Positions 25,854 through 34,916 of a DNA stretch of 63,894 nt are shown one piece after another. Position numbers and translations under genes: made by a program. The notes below the pieces were generated by a model, which did not search any database, had not been told where the DNA came from, and saw nothing but the letters and a program-made list of their open reading frames with translations. Within the stretch, counting starts at the first letter, position 1; each line of letters opens with the position of its first letter. Source of the stretch: an uncultured Candidatus Saccharibacteria bacterium (GTDB taxonomy: Bacteria > Patescibacteriota > Minisyncoccia > UBA6257 > WO2-44-18); contig CAYHXN010000001.1 in assembly GCA_964360605.1 (NCBI GenBank), forward strand, positions 15,494 through 79,387, read 5' to 3'.

Positions 25854-25959
25854 TGAAAACCTCTTTAAAAAATCTGCTGTCAGAATAACTTATTACTCTT
25901 AATAAGGCAATCCCTGTTATAAATTCACCTATCATTAAATAGTCCGCGTGATTCGCGTA

Positions 25960-26964
25960 TTATTTCAAGTTATGTTTATATATTTTTTCTACGATTTTTA
26001 AAACTTCGTAAGCGTCTTGACCGGTTGGGATACCTTTTTTGCCTTGAACAGCCTTCCAAAACGCCGCTAACTCTCTCGCGAACGAATCCTCTTTCTGCTC
26101 GTTTTGGAAAATTATTGTTTCTTCTTTCGGCGGCTTGAGAAATTCTGGGTCGCGGTAGCCAATAGTTAATTTTTCCGGACCATTATAGCGCTGATCTAGC
26201 CCATCGATGATGAGGTGACCCTTCTCGCCGAAAATTTCAAACGAATGCACCCATTTCCAGTTTGTCCAACTAACATGAATTTGGGCGACCTTCCGATCTT
26301 TTGTTCTTAGAAGCGCGAAACCGTTATCTTCCACCCCGTTTTTCCAAAAAAGTTTTTCGGCAAAACCATTCACGTCTTTAAAATCTCCTAAAAACCAACG
26401 CGCCATGTCTATCATATGAACGCCCTGGTCAATTAATTCCCCGCCGCCACTGATTTCTTTTTGAAAACGCCATTCTTTAGAATAACCGGGCCGGCCTCCA
26501 AAACCATAGCGCGCCCGAATAAATAAAATTTTTCCGATTTCGCCCGCTTCCATTCGCCGCCTCGCCTCTAAAAAAGCAGGGTGGTAACGATGATTAAAAC
26601 CCACCATGTAAATCAATTTCTTTTTGTACGCTAGTCCAATATTTGTTTTGATTTCCCTAGAATTTATTCCCGCCGGTTTTTCGCACAACACATGTTTTCC
26701 CGACTTCAAAGCCGCCGCTGAAATAGAAGCCAACCATTTATGCGGTGTAGCCACCACGACACCAGTGATATCCGGACGCCTCAATACTTCTTTATAATCC
26801 GCTACCGCGATACAACCGGTAAATTCCTTAGCAATAGCGGAAGCCTTTTTTGGATCAACGTCCGCTACCGCTACCAAACGCGCCGATTTTGTTTTTTCGG
26901 CGGCGGCGGCCCACACTTTGCCAATTCCACCGGCACCGATTAACGCTAAAGAGGGTTTTGCCAT
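25960..26964 (-). CDS. Gfo/Idh/MocA-family oxidoreductase (nucleotide-sugar 3-dehydrogenase-like)
   Basis: LALIGAGGIGKVWA...VVVATPHKWLASISAAALKSGKHVLCEKP. Confidence 0.85.
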   Translation of the reverse strand: MAKPSLALIGAGGIGKVWAAAAEKTKSARLVAVADVDPKKASAIAKEFTGCIAVADYKEVLRRPDITGVVVATPHKWLASISAAALKSGKHVLCEKPAGINSREIKTNIGLAYKKKLIYMVGFNHRYHPAFLEARRRMEAGEIGKILFIRARYGFGGRPGYSKEWRFQKEISGGGELIDQGVHMIDMARWFLGDFKDVNGFAEKLFWKNGVEDNGFALLRTKDRKVAQIHVSWTNWKWVHSFEIFGEKGHLIIDGLDQRYNGPEKLTIGYRDPEFLKPPKEETIIFQNEQKEDSFARELAAFWKAVQGKKGIPTGQDAYEVLKIVEKIYKHNLK

Positions 26965-26967
26965 AAG

Positions 26968-28248
26968 TTAAACCATGCCACGACCGACTCCTAAATATTT
27001 AAAACCGGCCTGTTTAATCGCCGCCTCTTTTTCGTGGAAAAAATTACGGGTGTCAAAAAAAATTGCTGGCTCCTTCATGAGTGATCGGGCTCGGGAAAAA
27101 TCCAAGCCAAAAAGTTCGGGCCAAGGCGTAATCACTAACACCGCCTCACATCCGGAAAGCGTCTCATAAAGATCGCTGATAAATCCGGTTTTTTTTACGA
27201 ATGGGTCATGCAAGTTAAGTTTAGCGCCCATTTTTCTTAAATCACGAACGATTTCTAAAGCCAACGAACGACGCAACGTGGTTGTGCCCGGTTTGTAAGT
27301 CAGCCCAAGAACGGCGATGCTTTTACCCGCGATGCTGCCTAAATGCTTCTCCAGCTTCTCATAGACGATTTTTTTACGATGCTTATTTTTTTTCATCACC
27401 GCCGCAATCACCGGCATACTAATGCCGTGTTCTACCGCCGCGGCTAATAAAAATCGGAGATCGCGTCCCAACGTTCCACCAGAAAATCCGATATTGGCGT
27501 CAATATAAGCCTTTTGGCCGATACGCGGATCGCTCCGCAACGCTTTAGAAATTTTTACAATATCCGCTCCGACTTGTTCACATAAATCGGCTATATCGTA
27601 AGTAAAACTTAACGAAGTAGCAAGAAAAGAGTTGAGCGCGTGCTTAACCATTTCAGCTTCAGTCGGGTTCATGGTCATAATATTAGTGTTCAAGCCCCCG
27701 AACACCGCTCGCATCGTCTCAAAAGCAGATTCGTTTTCGGCGCCAACTACAATCCGACTTGCCTCAAAAAAACTTTTTACGGCTTGGCCCAGTTGTAGAT
27801 TCTCCGGCGTATACACATATTCAAACTTGATACGCGGATTTTTTTCATGCAAAAACTTTTTAACCTTACCGGAAGTACCTACCGGCATCTGACTGGAAAC
27901 AACTACGTAGGCACCGTCACGCAAATGAGGAGCAATTTTCCCGAAAGTCTTAAAAATACTTTGTAAACGCGCGGTATCCGTGCGGTCAATTGGAGTATCC
28001 AAAGTCAGCCACACCGCGTCACAATCGGATATTTTAGAAAAGTCTGTGGTATAAGCAAGACGTCCGGCCTTCCGATTTTTCACCAATAAATCTTGTAGGC
28101 CTGGCTCTGCTAAAGGCGGGGTATTATTATTTAAATTCTTCACCGCTTGCTTATCGGTATCTATCCCAATAACCGTATGCCCAAGCTCCGCTAGACCAGC
28201 CGAATATATTTCTCCTAAATGCCATAAACCGACAACCGCTATTTTCAT
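26968..28248 (-). CDS. UDP-glucose/GDP-mannose dehydrogenase family nucleotide-sugar 6-dehydrogenase
   Basis: MKIAVVGLWHLGEIYSAGLAELGHTVIGID, GFSGGTLGRDL (with T in place of the family's usual catalytic Cys) and LGLTYKPGTTTLRRS. Start set at MKIAVVG. Confidence 0.85.
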   Translation of the reverse strand: MKIAVVGLWHLGEIYSAGLAELGHTVIGIDTDKQAVKNLNNNTPPLAEPGLQDLLVKNRKAGRLAYTTDFSKISDCDAVWLTLDTPIDRTDTARLQSIFKTFGKIAPHLRDGAYVVVSSQMPVGTSGKVKKFLHEKNPRIKFEYVYTPENLQLGQAVKSFFEASRIVVGAENESAFETMRAVFGGLNTNIMTMNPTEAEMVKHALNSFLATSLSFTYDIADLCEQVGADIVKISKALRSDPRIGQKAYIDANIGFSGGTLGRDLRFLLAAAVEHGISMPVIAAVMKKNKHRKKIVYEKLEKHLGSIAGKSIAVLGLTYKPGTTTLRRSLALEIVRDLRKMGAKLNLHDPFVKKTGFISDLYETLSGCEAVLVITPWPELFGLDFSRARSLMKEPAIFFDTRNFFHEKEAAIKQAGFKYLGVGRGMV

Positions 28249-28263
28249 TCTTAAAAACATAAC

Positions 28264-28293
28264 AAAAAAACCCGCCCCCTACAATTGGGCGAG
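28264..28293 (-). terminator. Intrinsic terminator candidate overlapping the epimerase gene stop
   Basis: Minus-strand RNA reads CUCGCCC-(9-nt loop)-GGGCGGG (one G-U pair) followed by U7. Confidence 0.55.
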
Positions 28294-29187
28294 TTGTTCT
28301 TTAATCCACTGTTCAACGCTGATTTTCGGTTCCCATCCTAATATCTTTTTTGCCTTGCTAATATCCGCAAGCCAATCATTTTCTTCTTTTTGTCCAGGAA
28401 GGCGCTCTGTAGTTCCTCCTACCAGCTCGGCGATTTCAACAACGCTGTGATTTTTTCCGCTACCGATGTTTATTATTTCACCCTTACTAATTTTCTTGTT
28501 TTCTATCGCCAAAGCAGTTGCTTTTATCACATCATCCACATGAATAAAGTCCCGACGCTGTTTGCCGCTGCCAATAATTTGGATTGGCTTGCCTTCAATT
28601 TTCTGTCTTAAAAATCTTTCAATAATACAAGGCGGATCAGTCATACCGGCGAGCGCTCGGTCGGCCCCGAATACATTAAAATAACGCAATCGGACGGTTT
28701 CTATAAATTTTGCTCCTGCCATTTCTTTACATAAAACTTCTCCTAAATACTTAGTTTGCGCATAAGGATTCAATGGCCTTACTCTGGCGTTTTCTTTCCA
28801 GGGCAGTCGCGGATTATCTCCATACGCCTGCGCAGAAGCTGCGTACACTACTCTTTTAATGCCGCACTCTACCGCTGTCACAAGAACGTTCAAGGTGCCA
28901 CCAACATTGATTCTGTAGGCAATGCTTGGATTTTCGGCACATTTTTTCATTTTACTGTAAGCCGCCAGATGAAAAACACCGTCTGCGTCTCTAAAAGCAA
29001 TCCTCAAAGAATCAGTACTGGTAATACTTCCCAAAACAAGATCTATTCCCTTGTTTTTCAAACTATCGGACATCCAGGTCGGACAAAATTCATCAAGAAC
29101 TTTTACTTGATGGCCCTGCCCTTTTAAATATTCTGCTAATTTAGAGCCGATAAATCCTGCACCTCCAGTAACGACGAAATTACTCAC
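28279..29187 (-). CDS. NAD-dependent nucleotide-sugar epimerase (extended SDR)
   Basis: FVVTGGAGFIGSKLAEYL, YAQTKYLGE (YxxxK) and RYFNVFG. Confidence 0.85.
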   Translation of the reverse strand: MSNFVVTGGAGFIGSKLAEYLKGQGHQVKVLDEFCPTWMSDSLKNKGIDLVLGSITSTDSLRIAFRDADGVFHLAAYSKMKKCAENPSIAYRINVGGTLNVLVTAVECGIKRVVYAASAQAYGDNPRLPWKENARVRPLNPYAQTKYLGEVLCKEMAGAKFIETVRLRYFNVFGADRALAGMTDPPCIIERFLRQKIEGKPIQIIGSGKQRRDFIHVDDVIKATALAIENKKISKGEIINIGSGKNHSVVEIAELVGGTTERLPGQKEENDWLADISKAKKILGWEPKISVEQWIKEQLAQL

Positions 29188-29749
29188 TTAACTGACCTCC
29201 TTCAATTGCCAAGTGACCAAGAATCCCGGCTAAAGTCGCCAGGTCCTTTATACGGCCGTCAGCAATCATTTCCAAAACCTCTTTTTTGGATACCAATACC
29301 GCTTCTAATCCTTGAACCTCGTCACCTTTAACTCTATTTTCAACCGGAACACAATCCATAGCTAAAAAAATGTGGCATGGGTTATCGCATCGGTCAGTCA
29401 AGGGATAAAAATGGACCCCCAAAGATACAAGTTTGTTGGGCTTGTAGCCGATTTCTTCGTTCATTTCCCGTAATCCCGCGGCAATCCAACCTTCTCCGTA
29501 TTCCCTGCCCCCAGCTACTCCCTCAACGGACATTCCCGCGACGGGCCGGCATTGGCGAGTTAAAATAAATCTTCCATCCACAAGACGGGCGATTATCATT
29601 ATATAACCACCGCTTTTAGAAGTTATTCTTAAAAAATTTCTAATTTCCTTTCCGTTGTTAAAAAGAACATCTACTATTTCCGCTTTCACCCATTTGTCGT
29701 CATGCAAAATTTCTTGCACCTTTATAGTCCGATCGGTGGCAAACTCCAT
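29180..29749 (-). CDS. Nudix hydrolase, NudF/NudK-like (NDP-sugar pyrophosphatase type)
   Basis: Intact Nudix box GGREYGEGWIAAGLREMNEEIGY (Gx5Ex7REUxEExGU) in 189 aa. Paralogous to both halves of 31533..32660. Confidence 0.85.
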   Translation of the reverse strand: MEFATDRTIKVQEILHDDKWVKAEIVDVLFNNGKEIRNFLRITSKSGGYIMIIARLVDGRFILTRQCRPVAGMSVEGVAGGREYGEGWIAAGLREMNEEIGYKPNKLVSLGVHFYPLTDRCDNPCHIFLAMDCVPVENRVKGDEVQGLEAVLVSKKEVLEMIADGRIKDLATLAGILGHLAIEGGQLSE

Positions 29750-29805
29750 TCTTCACCACATCAAATAACTGCTAAAAAAATAACATGTTTTTTTTAAATT
29801 ATCAA

Positions 29806-29829
29806 TAAAAAGCCCGCCTAGGAGGCGGG
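29806..29829 (-). terminator. Intrinsic terminator overlapping the radical SAM gene stop
   Basis: Minus-strand RNA reads CCCGCCU-CCU-AGGCGGG followed by CUUUUUAUU. Confidence 0.7.
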
Positions 29830-31392
29830 TTCTGATTTATCTTCTTTCGGATCTTTCTTTAATGCGCCGGTACTCCATCTGTTGCCAATGTTACGCTGAA
29901 GTCTCTTTTCAACATAATTTCGAGGATTAACCGTTTCCCACAAATATTGTTTAAGCTCTAATAAGCGTTCGGGCGAAACAACTGTATTTTTCATCACTGG
30001 TTTGAACCAGTTCATAAAGTCCGGATCAAAGTCGGGAGTTAAATGCCCGTTAGCAATGGCGTAATCGTAAAGCTGGCTTCCAGGAAAAGGAATGGGACAA
30101 AAAAATGAACAGTGTTTTGCTCCCGCATCTACCATTCGTTTTCCATAAGCAGCACTATTTCGCATTTCCTCTTCGGTTTCGTCGGGAAAACCAATCATCA
30201 TATTCACCGAACACGTAATACCGACGTCAACGGCAATTCTAGCCATTTCAATAAGATCCATTGTCTCCAAATGAAGTTTGGATGTAGCATATTTATCCAG
30301 AATCCGCTGGCTGGCGGATTCTACTGGGAAAACAATATGGTCAAAGCCGCTGGCTTTTAAAATTTCCATATAATCACGGTCAGTTTCTAATTTGCCCGTT
30401 TTTTTATTGCGCACCAGGAAATGAACCAAGTTAACCCCGTTAACATCAACAATATGTAAATCCTCACCGCGCAGTTTTGTGAAAATCTGTTTAACACGAG
30501 ATTTCTTGGCCAGCAAACTATCATCTTCAAAATAGACTTTTACAACATTCAACTTTTTAAGAATCTTAATTTCTTCTAATACTCTCTCTACAGATTTGAG
30601 TCGGAGGTTCCCAATATCCTCAAGAAATTCGCGTTCTTTAGAAATATGGCAATAACTGCATTTAAATGGGCAACCGCGAGAGGTCATGATCGGAGCATAA
30701 ACGTATCTTCGATTAGTAAAACTATCGTCAAAATTACCGTGAGGTGAATTGATGGCAGCATATTTGTCCAGAGGTAATTTATGCCAAGCCGGAATCGGCA
30801 ACTCGTCCAAATTCATTTTTGTATCTCCCGGCGCGAGCGGAGTCTTAACAATCTTTCCATCTTTTACAAACATTATTCCACTCACCGTTTCCCATGGCGC
30901 TTTCTTTTCCCAAGCACGAACAATTTTCACAATTATTTCCTCGCCTTCGCTGTAACAAATTACATCAAGGCACCCGCTTGCAAAAAAACGGTCCGATAAA
31001 TTGCGGGCATTTACGCCGCCACTGATAACTAAAATATCTGGACTTACTTCTTTAGCCGCTTTCGCCACCTCCAAAGCCATTTTAGTTTGGGGAGTAAAAT
31101 TGGAATGAATCCCTACAACGTTATAGCCTCCCTTGGCGATTAGCTCTTTCATTTCTTCGTAATTCATTCCGATTCGAATCAGTCCGTTTTCCTGCTGAAC
31201 AACGCGATAAAAAGTTTGTTCCAAGGTTTGTTCTTTCGTTCCTACCGAGGCATCAACAACATCATTCTCAATTCCCGCTTTATCTAAAGCTGCAGCAAGA
31301 TACAATGGACCAAGCGATCCGTCCGGTCTCGGCATTTCCTGCGGATTCAACTGATTTGGTGGATAAATTAACAAAACTTTCGGTTGAGTCAT
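29818..31392 (-). CDS. Cobalamin-binding-domain radical SAM enzyme (class B, methyltransferase-like)
   Basis: An N-terminal B12-binding-like Rossmann region (VLLIYPP...VVGIHSNFTPQ...ILVISGGVNA) is followed by TSRGCPFKCSYCH (CxxxCxxC). 524 aa, with the AGGAGAAGA SD upstream. Confidence 0.85.
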   Translation of the reverse strand: MTQPKVLLIYPPNQLNPQEMPRPDGSLGPLYLAAALDKAGIENDVVDASVGTKEQTLEQTFYRVVQQENGLIRIGMNYEEMKELIAKGGYNVVGIHSNFTPQTKMALEVAKAAKEVSPDILVISGGVNARNLSDRFFASGCLDVICYSEGEEIIVKIVRAWEKKAPWETVSGIMFVKDGKIVKTPLAPGDTKMNLDELPIPAWHKLPLDKYAAINSPHGNFDDSFTNRRYVYAPIMTSRGCPFKCSYCHISKEREFLEDIGNLRLKSVERVLEEIKILKKLNVVKVYFEDDSLLAKKSRVKQIFTKLRGEDLHIVDVNGVNLVHFLVRNKKTGKLETDRDYMEILKASGFDHIVFPVESASQRILDKYATSKLHLETMDLIEMARIAVDVGITCSVNMMIGFPDETEEEMRNSAAYGKRMVDAGAKHCSFFCPIPFPGSQLYDYAIANGHLTPDFDPDFMNWFKPVMKNTVVSPERLLELKQYLWETVNPRNYVEKRLQRNIGNRWSTGALKKDPKEDKSEPAS

Positions 31393-31485
31393 TCTTCTCC
31401 TAACTATAAAAATGCTAACTGTATAATAACTTTAATTTTTAAAATTGTCTAATAATAGTTCTTCTTAATTATTAAAAAATTGGAA

Positions 31486-31514
31486 TTTAAAAATACCACG
31501 ATAATTCGTGGTAT
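31486..31514 (-). terminator. Hairpin terminator after the tandem-Nudix gene (U-tracts on both strands)
   Basis: AUACCACGA-(4-nt loop)-UCGUGGUAU, a 9-bp stem flanked by A-runs and T-runs. Confidence 0.7.
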
Positions 31515-31532
31515 TTATTTTTGTAACTATTC

Positions 31533-32660
31533 TTAGCGACTCAAACCAACGGCAAATAATGTGGCGGCAGTTGAAAGGTCCCGAATTTTTCCGGACTCAA
31601 TCATTTGCAAACTTTTTTCCCTGGAACAAATAAAATTGCCGATGCCTTGAACCTCGTCACCAAGCGGCTGGTCATCAGTTGTTTTGCAATCAAGTGCTAG
31701 AAATAAGTGGCAAGGGTTAAAATACATATCAGTCACCGGATGAAAAACACCCAGCGGAACCATCTGACCAGCAACAAGTTTTGCTTCTTCCGCCAGTTCG
31801 CGGGCTGCGGCATCATACCAACTCTCTCCTTCTTCACGACCTCCAGCAACCAGTTCTGTGCTTAAGCCATCAACTATCTTGCATTGTTTTGTGAAAACAA
31901 AACTTCCATCAGGTAAAACCGGCAAAACCGCGACATACCCGTCTCCCTTACCCGAACAAATAAAAGTATTCTCACATAACGTCTTTCCGTCATAAAACAC
32001 ATCCACTAAATCGGCCTGAATCCACTTATCATTATGGATATTCTTTTTGACAACTCGCCGGACAAGCGCGGTATTGTCACGTATATTCGCTAAACAACGA
32101 TCGAAGTCAGGTAATTGTAATTTTATCTTTTGAGTCCCAAGATAATAGAAAATGGCCGTAATCGTTGCCATGTCATTGACTTCGCCAACTCGAAGCATTT
32201 CTAAAACATCTTCATGAGGACGATACAGACCAACCTCCGTACTACGAGTCCTGCCTTCGCTATAGTCCCCAAAGGCCAGAAAGATCGCGCATCGATGATC
32301 GGCTCGTCCAGAAAGCGGAGTGAATTCTCCCACTTTAATAATTTTTCTAGATATGAAGCCAAGATGCCGACCCAATGCATTACTAACCTCTAAAACCCAA
32401 GATCTCCTAGAAACTTTATTAACCAAAAAAAGTTCCTTACTCGGACCAGAAACGGGATTAATTTTATTTTCCAATAAAATCCGGCCGTCTGGTAGAATTG
32501 GCAACACCGTGCCGTAACAACGTGGCTTTCTAGAAATACGCACAAAATTATTAATAGCTTTATCATTATTAAATTCTGCTCTTACCGTATCAGCTTTGAC
32601 TCCCCCGTCTTCATAAAGACACTTCTCTAGAATCACCCGACGGCTAGTCGCAATCTGCAA
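31533..32660 (-). CDS. Tandem Nudix-fold protein: degenerate N-terminal module plus intact C-terminal Nudix module
   Basis: The C-terminal half has GGREEGESWYDAAARELAEEAKL. The N-terminal half aligns to the same fold (MQIATSRRVILEKCLYEDGGVKADTV... against MEFATDRTIKVQEILHDDKWVKAEIV...), but its box region reads LVNKVSRRSWVLEVSNALGRHLGF and lacks the REx2EE glutamates. The TTG start is supported by the paralog alignment. Confidence 0.75.
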   Translation of the reverse strand: MQIATSRRVILEKCLYEDGGVKADTVRAEFNNDKAINNFVRISRKPRCYGTVLPILPDGRILLENKINPVSGPSKELFLVNKVSRRSWVLEVSNALGRHLGFISRKIIKVGEFTPLSGRADHRCAIFLAFGDYSEGRTRSTEVGLYRPHEDVLEMLRVGEVNDMATITAIFYYLGTQKIKLQLPDFDRCLANIRDNTALVRRVVKKNIHNDKWIQADLVDVFYDGKTLCENTFICSGKGDGYVAVLPVLPDGSFVFTKQCKIVDGLSTELVAGGREEGESWYDAAARELAEEAKLVAGQMVPLGVFHPVTDMYFNPCHLFLALDCKTTDDQPLGDEVQGIGNFICSREKSLQMIESGKIRDLSTAATLFAVGLSR

Positions 32661-32674
32661 ATTTTTACCCAGTC

Positions 32675-32696
32675 AAAAAACTACTAGTAATAGTAG
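32675..32696 (-). terminator. Weak intrinsic terminator candidate downstream of the histidine phosphatase gene
   Basis: Minus-strand RNA reads CUACUA-UUAC-UAGUAG followed by U6. The stem is AU-rich and lies about 80 nt after the stop. Confidence 0.35.
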
Positions 32697-32776
32697 GGCA
32701 TTTTTTTATTTTGTCAAGAAAGGAAGGAAAGTAATTTTGCATGAAAAAAGGCCGGTTTTTTGAATTTTAAGAATTA

Positions 32777-33340
32777 TTACACAAAATCAATTTCACGAAA
32801 ATTGCCACGAACCAAATCTGGAAGATAACCTAAACCCTTAAGTAAGGTATTCAGCCCTCGTCCGTGGCCAACAAGTAAAATTAGTTCGTCGGGATATTGT
32901 CGAACATAACCCTGAACTGCGGAAATGTGACGCTTAAAAACTCCGTTCTCGTTTTCGCCTCCAAAATCGCTAAAGTCATAAGAAGTCATAATCCCTCGTT
33001 GATGATCCGTTCCCAAAACAAAATCACGCACCTTTGGATAAAGTTTTTCCGCTTCATCTCTCATCATTCCTTCCAAAATTCCGTGATTGCATTCTCGCAA
33101 CCGCGGGTCGGTAAAAAACGAAACCCCCATAATCTTTGAAATTGTCTCCGCGGTTTCTGACGCCCTATGTAGGTCAGAACTGATTATGCGATTGATTTTT
33201 GAATAAGCCAATTTCAATTTTTCGGCGATCTCTTTTGACTGCCTTCGGCCATTTTCGTTCAACAATGTATCGCTGTGCCCTTGAATTCTATGAATAACGT
33301 TCCAATCGGTTTCGCAGTGTCTTATAAGTATAAATTTCAT
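32777..33340 (-). CDS. Histidine phosphatase superfamily (phosphoglycerate-mutase-like) phosphatase
   Basis: MKFILIRHCETDWN...IQGHSD...SSDLHRASETA...GHG. The start was moved to 33340. The track's longer ORF would overlap the divergent gene at 33429. Confidence 0.8.
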   Translation of the reverse strand: MKFILIRHCETDWNVIHRIQGHSDTLLNENGRRQSKEIAEKLKLAYSKINRIISSDLHRASETAETISKIMGVSFFTDPRLRECNHGILEGMMRDEAEKLYPKVRDFVLGTDHQRGIMTSYDFSDFGGENENGVFKRHISAVQGYVRQYPDELILLVGHGRGLNTLLKGLGYLPDLVRGNFREIDFV

Positions 33341-33428
33341 AATACCTACAAAATAATAAGAGATTATGGCAATTTTGTAAATATTTTTTATTGTTGTTTT
33401 TTTATTATTTATAGTACCTTTTAAGGTA

Positions 33429-34007
33429 ATGGCTGATAAACCAAAAATTATAGCGATTGTCGGCATGGCTTACTCTGGTAAAAACACGTTAGCCAATCTT
33501 CTATCCAAGAAATTGGGCATTCTTCATGTAGACATAGATGATGTCAGAACGGCTATATTCGGACTGGAAGAGCACCCAAAACCTGATCCGACTTTGGTTG
33601 ATCTATCCCCGATAAGAAAATTAGATCAGCTACCGCGTAAGCTTAGCTATAAAGCTATTCTTTTTTTTGCTGAAAAGTTTTCGGAACTTGGAAAATCCGT
33701 CATCATCAGTGCTACTTTCAGTCAATTTGAAACTCGGGAAAAATTGCGAAGTATCGCTAAAACGAATGGTGCCGAATTAAAATTAATCAAATGCGAGTTT
33801 TTAAATGATACCAAGGAAGAAGTAGAAAAAAGAATAGCGAGTAGACAATTTGGAAAAAATTCACTTTCGTTAATAGTGAATTATGACCAATATCTTTGGC
33901 AAAAATCTATTGAGAAGCCTTTTCAAGAAAATCACTTTCTTATTGATACAAGCCATTCTCCAGAAATTTGTTTAAAAAAAGCGCTAGAATACATAAATTC
34001 AGACTAA
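33429..34007 (+). CDS. P-loop kinase-like protein (AAA_33/gluconate-kinase-like)
   Basis: IAIVGMAYSGKNTLANLL Walker-A-like motif in 192 aa. The substrate is unknown. Confidence 0.55.
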   Translation: MADKPKIIAIVGMAYSGKNTLANLLSKKLGILHVDIDDVRTAIFGLEEHPKPDPTLVDLSPIRKLDQLPRKLSYKAILFFAEKFSELGKSVIISATFSQFETREKLRSIAKTNGAELKLIKCEFLNDTKEEVEKRIASRQFGKNSLSLIVNYDQYLWQKSIEKPFQENHFLIDTSHSPEICLKKALEYINSD

Positions 34008-34018
34008 CAATTGATTGT

Positions 34019-34042
34019 AAAAAAAACCCGCTTTTGCGGGTT
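34019..34042. terminator. Bidirectional intrinsic terminator between convergent genes
   Basis: An A8 run, then AACCCGC-UUUU-GCGGGUU. On the minus strand the hairpin is followed by U8. On the plus strand it is followed by UUUAAG. Confidence 0.8.
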
Positions 34043-34869
34043 TAAGAATCTTTCAAATATTCGGCAGTTGTTTCTGAAAGCCATGGCGCGACGAAGTGGC
34101 GTTGCGTATATAAAGCCAAATTCTCGTATCCGCCCCAATGATTCAATGCTGGAGTATAAAGCCCGTATTGGAAACCGCGGTTGAAATACAAAGCTAGGGA
34201 ATAATCCGGGGATAAACCCTGATCGCTTGTAAATTTGCGGTTACCTAGAATAACCAGTTTTTCTATCAACGCCACAAGGTCTCCATTTTCAGCCGAATCA
34301 TTTTCGGTGAAAATGAAACATTGTCCGGCCCTAATTCCTCCAACCGCAACGCTTAAGTTATTTTTCTGTAAAATAACCAGATTGGGGTAATTTTTATAGG
34401 TTTGCCTTATTTCTTCCAAAAATTCCGGAGTTCCATCACCCTCTATTTCATAAATTACATGGTAATGAAGATGAGAAACGTTCTGGCCTCCAAAAGTTCC
34501 TATATGAACCGTAATAAAAAACGGTTTTGAAGAGCGTTCTTGAGCGGCTTTAGTGCCAATTTCTATCGCCTCTGTGATTTTTTCTGCGTCGCCTAAACTT
34601 CTTAACTTTTCTTTAGGCCAGCAAGTGTCCGGAATGACTAACCCATGAAATTCAAAAGGCGTATAAGCATTTTGAACGAGGCGCCAACGTCCGTTGAAAT
34701 AGCTTCCTAAAACAGTCTGCGGTTTTTTGCAAAACGGGCAGTTTTCCGAATCCACAACAATATCTTGCTGCCAAGGACGACTTAGTTTAATAGTAAGACG
34801 GCTGCCGCCGGCGATGCTCTTTAATCCTCCGGGCCAAACGTAAAAACGTGCCTTTGACTCATTTTCCAT
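34042..34869 (-). CDS. HIT-superfamily nucleotidyltransferase/phosphorylase (GalT / Ap4A-phosphorylase-like)
   Basis: CPFCKK near the N-terminus and the histidine triad GGQNVSHLHYHVI. 275 aa. Confidence 0.6.
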   Translation of the reverse strand: MENESKARFYVWPGGLKSIAGGSRLTIKLSRPWQQDIVVDSENCPFCKKPQTVLGSYFNGRWRLVQNAYTPFEFHGLVIPDTCWPKEKLRSLGDAEKITEAIEIGTKAAQERSSKPFFITVHIGTFGGQNVSHLHYHVIYEIEGDGTPEFLEEIRQTYKNYPNLVILQKNNLSVAVGGIRAGQCFIFTENDSAENGDLVALIEKLVILGNRKFTSDQGLSPDYSLALYFNRGFQYGLYTPALNHWGGYENLALYTQRHFVAPWLSETTAEYLKDS

Positions 34870-34916
34870 CTCCTATACTCCTTTCAAAGAACAATGCTAA
34901 GAAAATACCGCCTTTT

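Noticed and set aside
32777-33466. The track's 229-aa version of the histidine phosphatase ORF, starting at 33466.
   Set aside because: The extra 42 N-terminal residues are low-complexity and overlap the divergent gene at 33429. The conserved family N-terminus (MKFILIRHCETDWN) begins at the ATG at 33340.
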